Under the pieces are notes generated by a model. The model ran no database searches. It saw nothing but the letters and a program-made list of their open reading frames with translations, and was not told the DNA's origin. The position numbers and the translations under genes were made by a program. DNA of 63,790 nucleotides, counting the filler, from Nemertoderma westbladi (taxonomy: Eukaryota > Animalia > Xenacoelomorpha), in NCBI GenBank assembly GCA_032718475.1. It is 3 parts of 3 records of this genome, joined end to end, with 100 filler letters (N's around TTAATTAATTAA, not from the genome) between each part and the next. Parts side by side here need not be neighbours in the genome. Positions count along the whole stretch, not along the records: positions 26,091 to 47,021 come from JAUCBJ010000190.1; positions 47,122 to 63,790 come from JAUCBJ010003782.1; 1 more part is not named here. One strand, 5' to 3'. Positions 36,184 to 48,467 of the stretch are shown here, piece by piece; the first letter of the stretch is position 1, and each line of letters starts with the position of its first letter.

Positions 36184-39100
36184 GACACAAGTGCCGACAC
36201 AGGTGCGTCATGACACAAGTGCCGCTATAGGTTCCGACACAGGTGTCGAATAGGTTCCGACACAGGTGCCGAATAGGTTCCGACACAGGTGCGTCATGAC
36301 ACAAGTGCCGCTATAGGTTCCGACACAGGTGCCGAATAGGTTCCGACACAAGTGCCGCTATAGGTTCCGACACAGGTGCCGCTATAGGTTCCGACACAAG
36401 TGCCGCTATAGGTTCCGACACAGGTGCCGCTATAGGTTCCGACACAGGTGCCGCTATAGGTTCCGACACAGGTGCCGCTATAGGTTCCGACACAGGTGCC
36501 GAATAGGTTCCGACACAGGTGCCGCTATAGGTTCCGACACAGGTGCCGCTATAGGTTCCGACACAGGTGCCGCTATAGGTTCCGACACAGGTGCCGCTAT
36601 AGGTTCCGACACAGGTGCCGCTATAGGTTCCGACACAAGTGCCGCTATAGGTTCCGACACAGGTGCCGCTATAGGTTCCGACACAGGTGCCGCTATAGGT
36701 TCCGACACAGGTGCCGCTATAGGTTCCGACACAGGTGCCGCTATAGGTTCCGACACAGGTGCCGCTATAGGTTCCGACACAGGTGCCGCTATAGGTTCCG
36801 ACACAAGTGCCGCTATAGGTTCCGACACAGGTGCCGCTATAGGTTCCGACACAAGTGCCGCTATAGGTTCCGACACAGGTGCCGCTATAGGTTCCGACAC
36901 AGGTGCCGCTATAGGTTCCGACACAGGTGCCGCTATAGGTTCCGACACAGGTGCCGCTATAGGTTCCGACACAAGTGCCGCTATAGGTTCCGACACAGGT
37001 GCCGCTATAGGTTCCGACACAAGTGCCGCTATAGGTTCCGACACAAGTGCCGCTATAGGTTCCGACACAGGTGCCGCTATAGGTTCCGACACAAGTGCCG
37101 CTATAGGTTCCGACACAGGTGCCGCTATAGGTTCCGACACAGGTGCCGCTATAGGTTCCGACACAGGTGCCGCTATAGGTTCCGACACAGGTGCCGCTAT
37201 AGGTTCCGACACAGGTGCCGCTATAGGTTCCGACACAGGTGCCGCTATAGGTTCCGACACAGGTGCCGCTATAGGTTCCGACACAGGTGCCGCTATAGGT
37301 TCCGACACAGGTGCCGCTATAGGTTCCGACACAGGTGCCGCTATAGGTTCCGACACAGGTGCCGCTATAGGTTCCGACACAGGTGCCGCTATAGGTTCCG
37401 ACACAAGTGCCGCTATAGGTTCCGACACAAGTGCCGCTATAGGTTCCAACATAGGTGCCGCTATAGGTTCCGACACAAGTGCCGCTATAGGTTCCGACAC
37501 AGGTGCCGCTATAGGTTCCGACACAGGTGCCGCTATAGGTTCCGACACAGGTGCCGCTATAGGTTCCGACACAGGTGCCGCTATAGGTTCCGTCACAGGT
37601 GCCGAATAGGTTCCGACACAGGTGCCGCTATAGGTTCCGACACAGGTGCCGCTATAGGTTCCGACACAGGTGCCGCTATAGGTTCCGACACAGGTGCCGC
37701 TATAGGTTCCGACACAGGTGCCGCTATAGGTTCCGACACAGGTGCCGCTATAGGTTCCGACACAGGTGCCGCTATAGGTTCCGACACAGGTGCCGCTATA
37801 GGTTCCGACACAGGTGCCGCTATAGGTTCCGACACAAGTGCCGCTATAGGTTCCGACACAGGTGCCGCTATAGGTTCCGACACAGGTGCCGCTATAGGTT
37901 CCGACACAGGTGCCGCTATAGGTTCCGACACAGGTGCCGCTATAGGTTCCGACACAAGTGCCGCTATAGGTTCCGACACAGGTGCCGCTATAGGTTCCGA
38001 CACAGGTGCCGCTATAGGTTCCGACACAGGTGCCGCTATAGGTTCCGACACAAGTGCCGCTATAGGTTCCGACACAGGTGCCGCTATAGGTTCCGACACA
38101 GGTGCCGCTATAGGTTCCGACACAAGTGCCGCTATAGGTTCCGACACAGGTGCCGCTATAGGTTCCGACACAGGTGCCGCTATAGGTTCCGACACAGGTG
38201 CCGCTATAGGTTCCGACACAGGTGCCGCTATAGGTTCCGACACAGGTGCCGCTATAGGTTCCGACACAGGTGCCGACATAGGTTCCGACACAGGTGCCGC
38301 TATAGGTTCCGACACAGGTGCCGCTATAGGTTCCGACACAGGTGCCGCTATAGGTTCCGACACAGGTGCCGCTATAGGTTCCGACACAGGTGCCGCTATA
38401 GGTTCCGACACAGGTGCCGCTATAGGTTCCGACACAGGTGCCGCTATAGGTTCCGACACAGGTGCCGCTATAGGTTCCGACACAGGTGCCGCTATAGGTT
38501 CCGACACAGGTGCCGCTATAGGTTCCGACACAGGTGCCGCTATAGGTTCCGACACAGGTGCCGCTATAGGTTCCGACACAGGTGCCGCTATAGGTTCCGA
38601 CACAGGTGCCGCTATAGGTTCCGACACAGGTGCCGCTATAGGTTCCGACACAAGTGCCGCTATAGGTTCCGACACAGGTGCCGCTATAGGTTCCGACACA
38701 GGTGCCGCTATAGGTTCCGACACAGGTGCCGCTATAGGTTCCGACACAGGTGCCGCTATAGGTTCCGACACAGGTGCCGCTATAGGTTCCGACACAAGTG
38801 CCGCTATAGGTTCCGACACAGGTGCCGCTATAGGTTCCGACACAGGTGCCGCTATAGGTTCCGACACAGGTGCCGCTATAGGTTCCGACACAGGTGCCGC
38901 TATAGGTTCCGACACAGGTGCCGCTATAGGTTCCGACACAGGTGCCGCTATAGGTTCCGACACAGGTGCCGTATAGGTTCCGACACAGGTGCCGCTATAG
39001 GTTCCGACACAGGTGCCGCTATAGGTTCCGACACAGGTGCCGCTATAGGTTCCGACACAGGTGCCGCTATAGGTTCCGACACAGGTGCCGCTATAGGTTC

Positions 39101-41992
39101 CGACACAGGTGCCGCTATAGGTTCCGACACAGGTGCCGCTATAGGTTCCGACACAGGTGCCGCTATAGGTTCCGACACAGGTGCCGCTATAGGTTCCGAC
39201 ACAGGTGCCGCTATAGGTTCCGACACAGGTGCCGCTATAGGTTCCGACACAAGTGCCGCTATAGGTTCCGACACAGGTGCCGCTATAGGTTCCGACACAG
39301 GTGCCGCTATAGGTTCCGACACAGGTGCCGCTATAGGTTCCGACACAGGTGCCGCTATAGGTTCCGACACAGGTGCCGCTATAGGTTCCGACACAGGTGC
39401 CGCTATAGGTTCCGACACAGGTGCCGCTATAGGTTCCGACACAGGTGCCGCATAGGTTCCGACACAGGTGCCGCTATAGGTTCCGACACAGGTGCCGCTA
39501 TAGGTTCCGACACAGGTGCCGCTATAGGTTCCGACACAGGTGCCGCTATAGGTTCCGACACAGGTGCCGCTATAGGTTCCGACACAGGTGCCGCTATAGG
39601 TTCCGACACAGGTGCCGCTATAGGTTCCGACACAGGTGCCGCTATAGGTTCCGACACAGGTGCCGCTATAGGTTCCGACACAGGTGCCGCTATAGGTTCC
39701 GACACAGGTGCCGCTATAGGTTCCGACACAGGTGCCGCTATAGGTTCCGACACAGGTGCCGCTATAGGTTCCGACACAGGTGCCGCTATAGGTTCCGACA
39801 CAGGTGCCGCTATAGGTTCCGACACAGGTGCCGCTATAGGTTCCGACACAGGTGCCGCTATAGGTTCCGACACAGGTGCCGCTATAGGTTCCGACACAGG
39901 TGCCGCTATAGGTTCCGACACAGGTGCCGCTATAGGTTCCGACACAGGTGCCGCTATAGGTTCCGACACAGGTGCCGCTATAGGTTCCGACACAGGTGCC
40001 GCTATAGGTTCCGACACAGGTGCCGCTATAGGTTCCGACACAGGTGCCGCTATAGGTTCCGACACAGGTGCCGCTATAGGTTCCGACACAGGTGCCGCTA
40101 TAGGTTCCGACACAGGTGCCGCTATAGGTTCCGACACAGGTGCCGCTATAGGTTCCGACACAGGTGCCGCTATAGGTTCCGACACAGGTGCCGCTATAGG
40201 TTCCGACACAGGTGCCGCTATAGGTTCCGACACAGGTGCCGCTATAGGTTCCGACACAGGTGCCGCTATAGGTTCCGACACAGGTGCCGCTATAGGTTCC
40301 GACACAGGTGCCGCTATAGGTTCCGACACAGGTGCCGCTATAGGTTCCGACACAGGTGCCGCTATAGGTTCCGACACAGGTGCCGCTATAGGTTCCGACA
40401 CAGGTGCCGCTATAGGTTCCGACACAGGTGCCGCTATAGGTTCCGACACAGGTGCCGCTATAGGTTCCGACACAGGTGCCGCTATAGGTTCCGACACAGG
40501 TGCCGCTATAGGTTCCGACACAGGTGCCGCTATAGGTTCCGACACAGGTGCCGCATAGGTTCCGACACAGGTGCCGCTATAGGTTCCGACACAGGTGCCG
40601 CTATAGGTTCCGACACAGGTGCCGCTATAGGTTCCGACACAGGTGCCGCTATAGGTTCCGACACAGGTGCCGCTATAGGTTCCGACACAGGTGCCGCATA
40701 GGTTCCGACACAGGTGCCGCTATAGGTTCCGACACAGGTGCCGCTATAGGTTCCGACACAGGTGCCGCTATAGGTTCCGACACAGGTGCCGCTATAGGTT
40801 CCGACACAGGTGCCGCATAGGTTCCGACACAGGTGCCGCTATAGGTTCCGACACAGGTGCCGAATAGGTTCCGACACAGGTGCCGCTATAGGTTCCGACA
40901 CAGGTGCCGCTATAGGTTCCGACACAGGTGCCGCTATAGGTTCCGACACAGGTGCCGCTATAGGTTCCGACACAGGTGCCGCTATAGGTTCCGACACAGG
41001 TGCCGCTATAGGTTCCGACACAGGTGCCGCTATAGGTTCCGACACAGGTGCCGCTATAGGTTCCGACACAGGTGCCGCTATAGGTTCCGACACAGGTGCC
41101 GCTATAGGTTCCGACACAGGTGCCGCTATAGGTTCCGACACAGGTGCCGAATAGGTTCCGACACAGGTGCCGCTATAGGTTCCGACACAGGTGCCGAATA
41201 GGTTCCGACACAGGTGCCGACTATAGGTTCCGACACAAGTGCCGCTATAGGTTCCGACACAGGTGCCGCTATAGGTTCCGACACAGGTGCCGCTATAGGT
41301 TCCGACACAGGTGCCGCTATAGGTTCCGACACAGGTGCCGCTATAGGTTCCGACACAGGTGCCGCTATAGGTTCCGACACAGGTGCCGCTATAGGTTCCG
41401 ACACAGGTGCCGCTATAGGTTCCGACACAGGTGCCGCTATAGGTTCCGACACAGGTGCCGCTATAGGTTCCGACACAGGTGCCGAATAGGTTCCGACACA
41501 GGTGCCGCTATAGGTTCCGACACAGGTGCCGCTATAGGTTCCGACACAGGTGCCGACATAGGTTCCGACACAAGTGCCGCTATAGGTTCCGACACAGGTG
41601 CCGCTATAGGTTCCGACACAGGTGCCGCATAGGTTCCGACACAGGTGCCGCTATAGGTTCCGACACAGGTGCCGAATAGGTTCCGACACAGGTGCCGACA
41701 TAGGTTCCGACACAGGTGCCGCTATAGGTTCCGACACAGGTGCGTCATGACATAGGTTCCGCTATAGGTGCCGACATAGGTTCCGCCACAGGTGCCGAAT
41801 AGGTTCCGACACAGGTGCCGACATAGGTTCCGAAACATGTGCCGACACAGGTGTCGACACAGGTGCCGACACAGGTGTCGACACAGGTGCCGACAGAGGT
41901 GCCGACATAGGTGCCGACAGAGGTGCCGAAACAGGTGCAGACACAGGTGCCGACAGAGGCACCGACACAGGTGCTGCCATAAGTGCCGACAC
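36184..41992 (+). repeat. 24-bp satellite (GCCGCTATAGGTTCCGACACAGGT)n, about 240 copies
   Basis: Dimer of 12-mers; decays to 12-bp units at both ends. Confidence 0.98.
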
Positions 41993-42382
41993 AGGAGACT
42001 ACACAGTTGCTATGAATAAAAATTCGGTAAAAAAAGGTTATAAAAATTCGGGCTCACCCACTAATGAGGCGTGAGATGAAAATATTTCATGAAACCTGAT
42101 TAAGATCTTTAGAAAAGTTTTTCTTTTTTTTGTGGGGGGGGGGGGGGGGGGGGGTGGGGGTGGCATGTGCCTCAATAAAGACATTATATGTGTATGTATA
42201 TGTGGGGGGGGGGGGGGGGGGGGGATAGTGACCGTCAAGTCACCCATATACAAAAGGTGACAATATCTCGCGTCATCAGCACCCCGGTAAATTATTTTAC
42301 AATTAATTAGTTAGTTAATTAAATTCACAATCAATTGTGTACACTAATAAAAAGTTTAATAAGTTGTACTATAGTACACCAT

Positions 42383-45300
42383 GGTACCGGGGTAGGTCGG
42401 TGACCTACAGTTGTACAACGCAGTCGGTACCGGGGTAGGTCGGCAACCTACAGTCGTACAACGCAGTCGGTACCGGGGTAGGTCGGTAACCTACAGTCGT
42501 ACAACGCAGTCGGTACCGGGGTAGGTCGGTAACCTACAGTCGTACAACGCAGTCGGTACCGGGGTAGGTCGGCAACCTACAGTCGTACAACGCAGTCGGT
42601 ACCGGGGTAGGTCGGTAACCTACAGTCGTACAACGCAGTCGGTACCGGGGTAGGTCGGTAACCTACAGTCGTACAACGCAGTCGGTACCGGGGTAGGTCG
42701 GTAACCTACAGTCGTACAACGCAGTCGGTACCGGGGTAGGTCGGTAACCTACAGTCGTACAACGCAGTCGGTACCGGCGGTAGGTCGGTAACCTACAGTC
42801 GTACAACGCAGTCGGTACCGGGGTACGTCGGTAACCTCCAGTCGTACAACGCAGTCGGTACCGGGGTAGGTCGGTAACCTACAGTCGTACAACGCAGTCG
42901 GTACCGGGGTAGGTCGGTAACCTACAGTCGTACAACGCAGTCGGTACCGGGGTAGGTCGGTAACCTACAGTCGTACAACGCAGTCGGTACCGGGGTAGGT
43001 CGGTAACCTACAGTCGTACAACGCAGTCGGTGCCGGGGTAGGTCGGTAACCTACAGTCGTACAACGCAGTCGGTACCGGGGTAGGTCGGTAACCTACAGT
43101 CGTACAACGCAGTCGGTACCAGGGTAGGTCGGTAACCTACAGTCGTACAACGCAGTCGGTACCGGGGTAGGTCGGTAACCTACAGTCGTACAACGCAGTC
43201 GGTACCGGGGTAGGTCGGTAACCTACAGTCGTACAACGCAGTCGGTACCGGGGTAGGTCGGTAACCTACAGTCGTACAACGCAGTCGGTACCGGGGTAGG
43301 TCGGTAACCTACAGTCGTACAACGCAGTCGGTACCGGGGTAGGTCGGTAACCTACAGTCGTACAACGCAGTCGGTACCGGGGTAGGTCGGTAACCTACAG
43401 TCGTACAACGCAGTCGGTACCGGGGTAGGTCGGTAACCTACAGTCGTACAACGCAGTCGGTACCGGGGTAGGTCGGTAACCTACAGTCGTACAACGCAGT
43501 CGGTACCGGGGTAGGTCGGTAACCTACAGTCGTACAACGCAGTCGGTACCGGGGTAGGTCGGTAACCTACAGTCGTACAACGCAGTCGGTACCGGGGTAG
43601 GTCGGTAACCTACAGTCGTACAACGCAGTCGGTACCGGGGTAGGTCGGTAACCTACAGTCGTACAACGCAGTCGGTACCGGGGTAGGTCGGTAACCTACA
43701 GTCGTACAACGCAGTCGGTACCGGGGTAGGTCGGTAACCTACAGTCGTACAACGCAGTCGGTACCGGGGTAGGTCGGTAACCTACAGTCGTACAACGCAG
43801 TCGGTACCGGGGTAGGTCGGTAACCTACAGTCGTACAACGCAGTCGGTACCGGGGTAGGTCGGTAACCTACAGTCGTACAACGCAGTCGGTACCGGGGTA
43901 GGTCGGTAACCTACAGTCGTACAACGCAGTCGGTACCGGGGTAGGTCGGTAACCTACAGTCGTACAACGCAGTCGGTACCGGGGTAGGTCGGTAACCTAC
44001 AGTCGTACAACGCAGTCGGTACCGGGGTAGGTCGGTAACCTACAGTCGTACAACGCAGTCGGTACCGGGGTAGGTCGGTAACCTACAGTCGTACAACGCA
44101 GTCGGTACCGGGGTAGGTCGGTAACCTACAGTCGTACAACGCAGTCGGTACCGGGGTAGGTCGGTAACCTACAGTCGTACAACGCAGTCGGTACCGGGGT
44201 AGGTCGGTAACCTACAGTCGTACAACGCAGTCGGTACCGGGGTAGGTCGGTAACCTACAGTCGTACAACGCAGTCGGTACCGGGGTAGGTCGGTAACCTA
44301 CAGTCGTACAACGCAGTCGGTACCGGGGTAGGTCGGTAACCTACAGTCGTACAACGCAGTCGGTACCGGGGTAGGTCGGTAACCTACAGTCGTACAACGC
44401 AGTCGGTACCGGGGTAGGTCGGTAACCTACAGTCGTACAACGCAGTCGGTACCGGGGTAGGTCGGTAACCTACAGTCGTACAACGCAGTCGGTACCGGGG
44501 TAGGTCGGTAACCTACAGTCGTACAACGCAGTCGGTACCGGGGTAGGTCGGTAACCTACAGTCGTACAACGCAGTCGGTACCGGGGTAGGTCGGTAACCT
44601 ACAGTCGTACAACGCAGTCGGTACCGGGGTAGGTCGGTAACCTACAGTCGTACAACGCAGTCGGTACCGGGGTAGGTCGGTAACCTACAGTCGTACAACG
44701 CAGTCGGTACCGGGGTAGGTCGGTAACCTACAGTCGTACAACGCAGTCGGTACCGGGGTAGGTCGGTAACCTACAGTCGTACAACGCAGTCGGTACCGGG
44801 GTAGGTCGGTAACCTACAGTCGTACAACGCAGTCGGTACCGGGGTAGGTCGGTAACCTACAGTCGTACAACGCAGTCGGTACCGGGGTAGGTCGGTAACC
44901 TACAGTCGTACAACGCAGTCGGTACCGGGGTAGGTCGGTAACCTACAGTCGTACAACGCAGTCGGTACCGGGGTAGGTCGGTAACCTACAGTCGTACAAC
45001 GCAGTCGGTACCGGGGTAGGTCGGTAACCTACAGTCGTACAACGCAGTCGGTACCGGGGTAGGTCGGTAACCTACAGTCGTACAACGCAGTCGGTGCGGG
45101 GGTAGGTCGGTAACCTACAGTCGTACAACGCAGTCGGTACCGGGGTAGGTCGGTAACCTACAGTCGTACAACGCAGTCGGTACCGGGGTAGGTCGGTAAC
45201 CTACAGTCGTACAACGCAGTCGGTACCGGGGTAGGTCGGTAACCTACAGTCGTACAACGCAGTCGGTACCGGGGTAGGTCGGTAACCTACAGTCGTACAA

Positions 45301-46534
45301 CGCAGTCGGTACCGGGGTAGGTCGGTAACCTACAGTCGTACAACGCAGTCGGTACCGGGGTAGGTCGGTAACCTACAGTCGTACAACGCAGTCGGTACCG
45401 GGGTAGGTCGGTAACCTACAGTCGTACAACGCAGTCGGTACCGGGGTAGGTCGGTAACCTACAGTCGTACAACGCAGTCGGTACCGGGGTAGGTCGGTAA
45501 CCTACAGTCGTACAACGCAGTCGGTACCGGGGTAGGTCGGTAACCTACAGTCGTACAACGCAGTCGGTACCGGGGTAGGTCGGTAACCTACAGTCGTACA
45601 ACGCAGTCGGTACCGGGGTAGGTCGGTAACCTACAGTCGTACAACGCAGTCGGTACCGGGGTAGGTCGGTAACCTACAGTCGTACAACGCAGTCGGTACC
45701 GGGGTAGGTCGGTAACCTACAGTCGTACAACGCAGTCGGTACCGGGGTAGGTCGGTAACCTACAGTCGTACAACGCAGTCGGTACCGGGGTAGGTCGGTA
45801 ACCTACAGTCGTACAACGCAGTCGGTACCGGGGTAGGTCGGTAACCTACAGTCGTACAACGCAGTCGGTACCGGGGTAGGTCGGTAACCTACAGTCGTAC
45901 AACGCAGTCGGTACCGGGGTAGGTCGGTAACCTACAGTCGTACAACGCAGTCGGTACCGGGGTAGGTCGGTAACCTACAGTCGTACAACGCAGTCGGTAC
46001 CGGGGTAGGTCGGTAACCTACAGTCGTACAACGCAGTCGGTACCGGGGTAGGTCGGTAACCTACAGTCGTACAACGCAGTCGGTACCGGGGTAGGTCGGT
46101 AACCTACAGTCGTACAACGCAGTCGGTACCGGGGTAGGTCGGTAACCTACAGTCGTACAACGCAGTCGGTACCGGCGGTAGGTCGGTAACCTACAGTCGT
46201 ACAACGCAGTCGGTACCGGGGTAGGTCGGTAACCTACAGTCGTACAACGCAGTCGGTACCGGGGTAGGTCGGTAACCTACAGTCGTACAACGCAGTCGGT
46301 ACCGGGGTAGGTCGGTAACCTACAGTCGTACAACGCAGTCGGTACCGGGGTAGGTCGGTAACCTACAGTCGTACAACGCAGTCGGTACCGGGGTAGGTCG
46401 GTAACCTACAGTCGTACAACGCAGTCGGTACCGGGGTAGGTCGGTAACCTACAGTCGTACAACGCAGTCGGTACCGGGGTAGGTCGGTAACCTACAGTCG
46501 TACAACGCAGTCGGTACCGGGGTAGGTCGGCAAC
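42383..46534 (-). repeat. 43-bp satellite, about 96 copies, derived from the NAXE 3' end
   Basis: Unit matches the last 13 codons + TAG + 1 nt of the NAXE CDS. Confidence 0.98.
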
Positions 46535-47019
46535 TCCAGATTATATTTCTCCTCCAACCCGGGCGGTATGAACCGACCCCCGAGGTAATGAAACCGCCCC
46601 TGGAACTGTTTAGCGCAGAGTTTCGGCGCAGTGAGGGATATCAGCATATCGGGCTGCAAGAATGGGCCGTGGGTTGGGGGGCCGGTCTCTACATCCCACC
46701 CCGACGGGATGTCTATACTGGCTATGGGTGTCTGTGTCTCCAATACTCGGTTTAGCACGGTGTCGAACGGAGCCCTGATTCCGCCACCCGCGCGGAAACT
46801 AAACCCGAATATCCCATCTATTATTAGTTTATAATCGCCCAGATTATCTGGTAGTTGCTTTAGTATCGGAATCTCCATTCCTTCGACCTGTTTCATTAGG
46901 TTGGTAAACAGCGGCTTATTGGTCGGCTTAGGGTAGTAGAGCTCCACTGATTGGCCGAATAGTTTAAGATGACGGGCGGCGACCAATCCGTCGCCACCGT
47001 TGTTACCAGGACCGCTGAT
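46492..47019 (-). CDS. NAXE: NAD(P)HX epimerase (YjeF_N/APOA1BP), 5'-partial at the contig end
   Basis: [59 protein letters not shown]. Confidence 0.95.
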   Translation of the reverse strand: MSGPGNNGGDGLVAARHLKLFGQSVELYYPKPTNKPLFTNLMKQVEGMEIPILKQLPDNLGDYKLIIDGIFGFSFRAGGGIRAPFDTVLNRVLETQTPIASIDIPSGWDVETGPPTHGPFLQPDMLISLTAPKLCAKQFQGRFHYLGGRFIPPGLEEKYNLELPTYPGTDCVVRL

Positions 47020-47021
47020 CA

Positions 47022-47121
47022 NNNNNNNNNNNNNNNNNNNNNNNNNNNNNNNNNNNNNNNNNNNNTTAATTAATTAANNNNNNNNNNNNNNNNNNNNNNN
47101 NNNNNNNNNNNNNNNNNNNNN
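47022..47121. other. Artificial contig spacer
   Basis: Same N-TTAATTAATTAA-N linker. Confidence 0.95.
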
Positions 47122-48467
47122 GACGGACCTACGGCAGTACCGGTTCTGGCAGTTGGGCCTACTGACCTACAGATGGACCGTTCAGGTTTACCGGTTGACC
47201 GGTACTTTCAACTTTATTGCTTACTGCAATAAAGAAGCTATATCCTTTAATGTTCGCGCTTTCAGACCTTTGGCAGTTTAATCCGCCAAATTAAGATGTC
47301 TTCTAGATATTAAATCGCTTTTTAGCCTATGACAAGTATTTGATTCACTACACTAGTCGAAACCAATCTGTGCGCGATCATTCACCCGCTGGATATTCCC
47401 GGGAGATTGGGTTCGACGGTTTAATTTTATTGCTATGTAAGCCTAATGTATTATTCGACTGACAGTATTATATAATCTCTGACAATATTATTCACCTTCG
47501 GGAATATTAACAGTTCCTTTAGGACGTGGCGCTTTATCTATATAAACAGAGTTATGACTTAAACTACTCACAACGATATGGCTTAATTATAATTCACATA
47601 TATGGCGCATTCTTTAGGAATTGCTTCTTTAACAGACTCACTCATACACAATGCTGCACAATACTGCACACTAATCTGCCAATCTTCACTGATTTTAGTC
47701 ACATATAAAAGGAACACAGACTGACTCATGTAGGGTCTATCAAATAACATTAGATTCACTTCAAACCACTTTAACATAAGTCACAATCGTTATTGATAAC
47801 CTTTCTCTCTTACCTTCGGTATATCTAGAATATTGGGTTTTCGGGGTTATTTCTCGTTATTCCAATATAATAATTCATCAACAAATATAATGAATAACCG
47901 ACAACAAATAGCAGTATACAGTATTGATTGAGCAGGTAATTTTTAGCAGCAGTTATTAAAAGCCGTGTGATATTCACAGCCGCCAGTGATTACGAAATTG
48001 CAGTGATTCCATGAGTTAAAGGATATATGTCCTTATAATTAAACCTACTAGTGTTGAGCTAAAAAGCAGAAAGCACAAAACACTAAAAAGCCGTTCTTTC
48101 GTGGCTTTGAAAAACTCGTGACTACTGCTCTATACGAGGATACCAACTACCCTTATTCCACGAAGCTCCCGTTCAACACAGAGAAAGAGCAGTGAGATAG
48201 GAAAATTTCAGTTCAGTAGCTCTGTGATAGGTCAAAATCAAGGCTAACTCAAATTCTATTGGGAGATACAAAAACAAGGCTATGACGCAACCTTCCATGG
48301 CTGGTTGGCTGATTAAACAGAGCCCAGATACCTGCGTACAGCAAATCAGCCAATAAGTTGGTAGCTTGCACTATTTTAACTATAGATCCCCTTTAGAGTA
48401 TTCTAGCGACCGGGGGGGAACTGGCCAACAAGGCAAACGAATCAGTTATCCCACAAAAGCTTTTACA
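47122..48467 (-). mobile_element. 5' end of related Bel/Pao element 3 (LTR 47251-48467 plus leader)
   Basis: Minus strand reads TGTAAAAGCTTTTGTGGG...GCGCGAACA; leader is homologous to 5048-5220. Confidence 0.9.

Noticed and set aside
36311-42019. Long ORFs (RFRHRCRY, IGSDTGAA and SEPIAAPV repeats)
   Set aside because: By-products of a stop-free 24-bp unit; 23-bp variants shift frames freely.
26091-48467. Elements 2 and 3 as two ends of one insertion
   Set aside because: Their LTRs are strongly divergent internally and their flanking arrays and 5-bp flanks differ.
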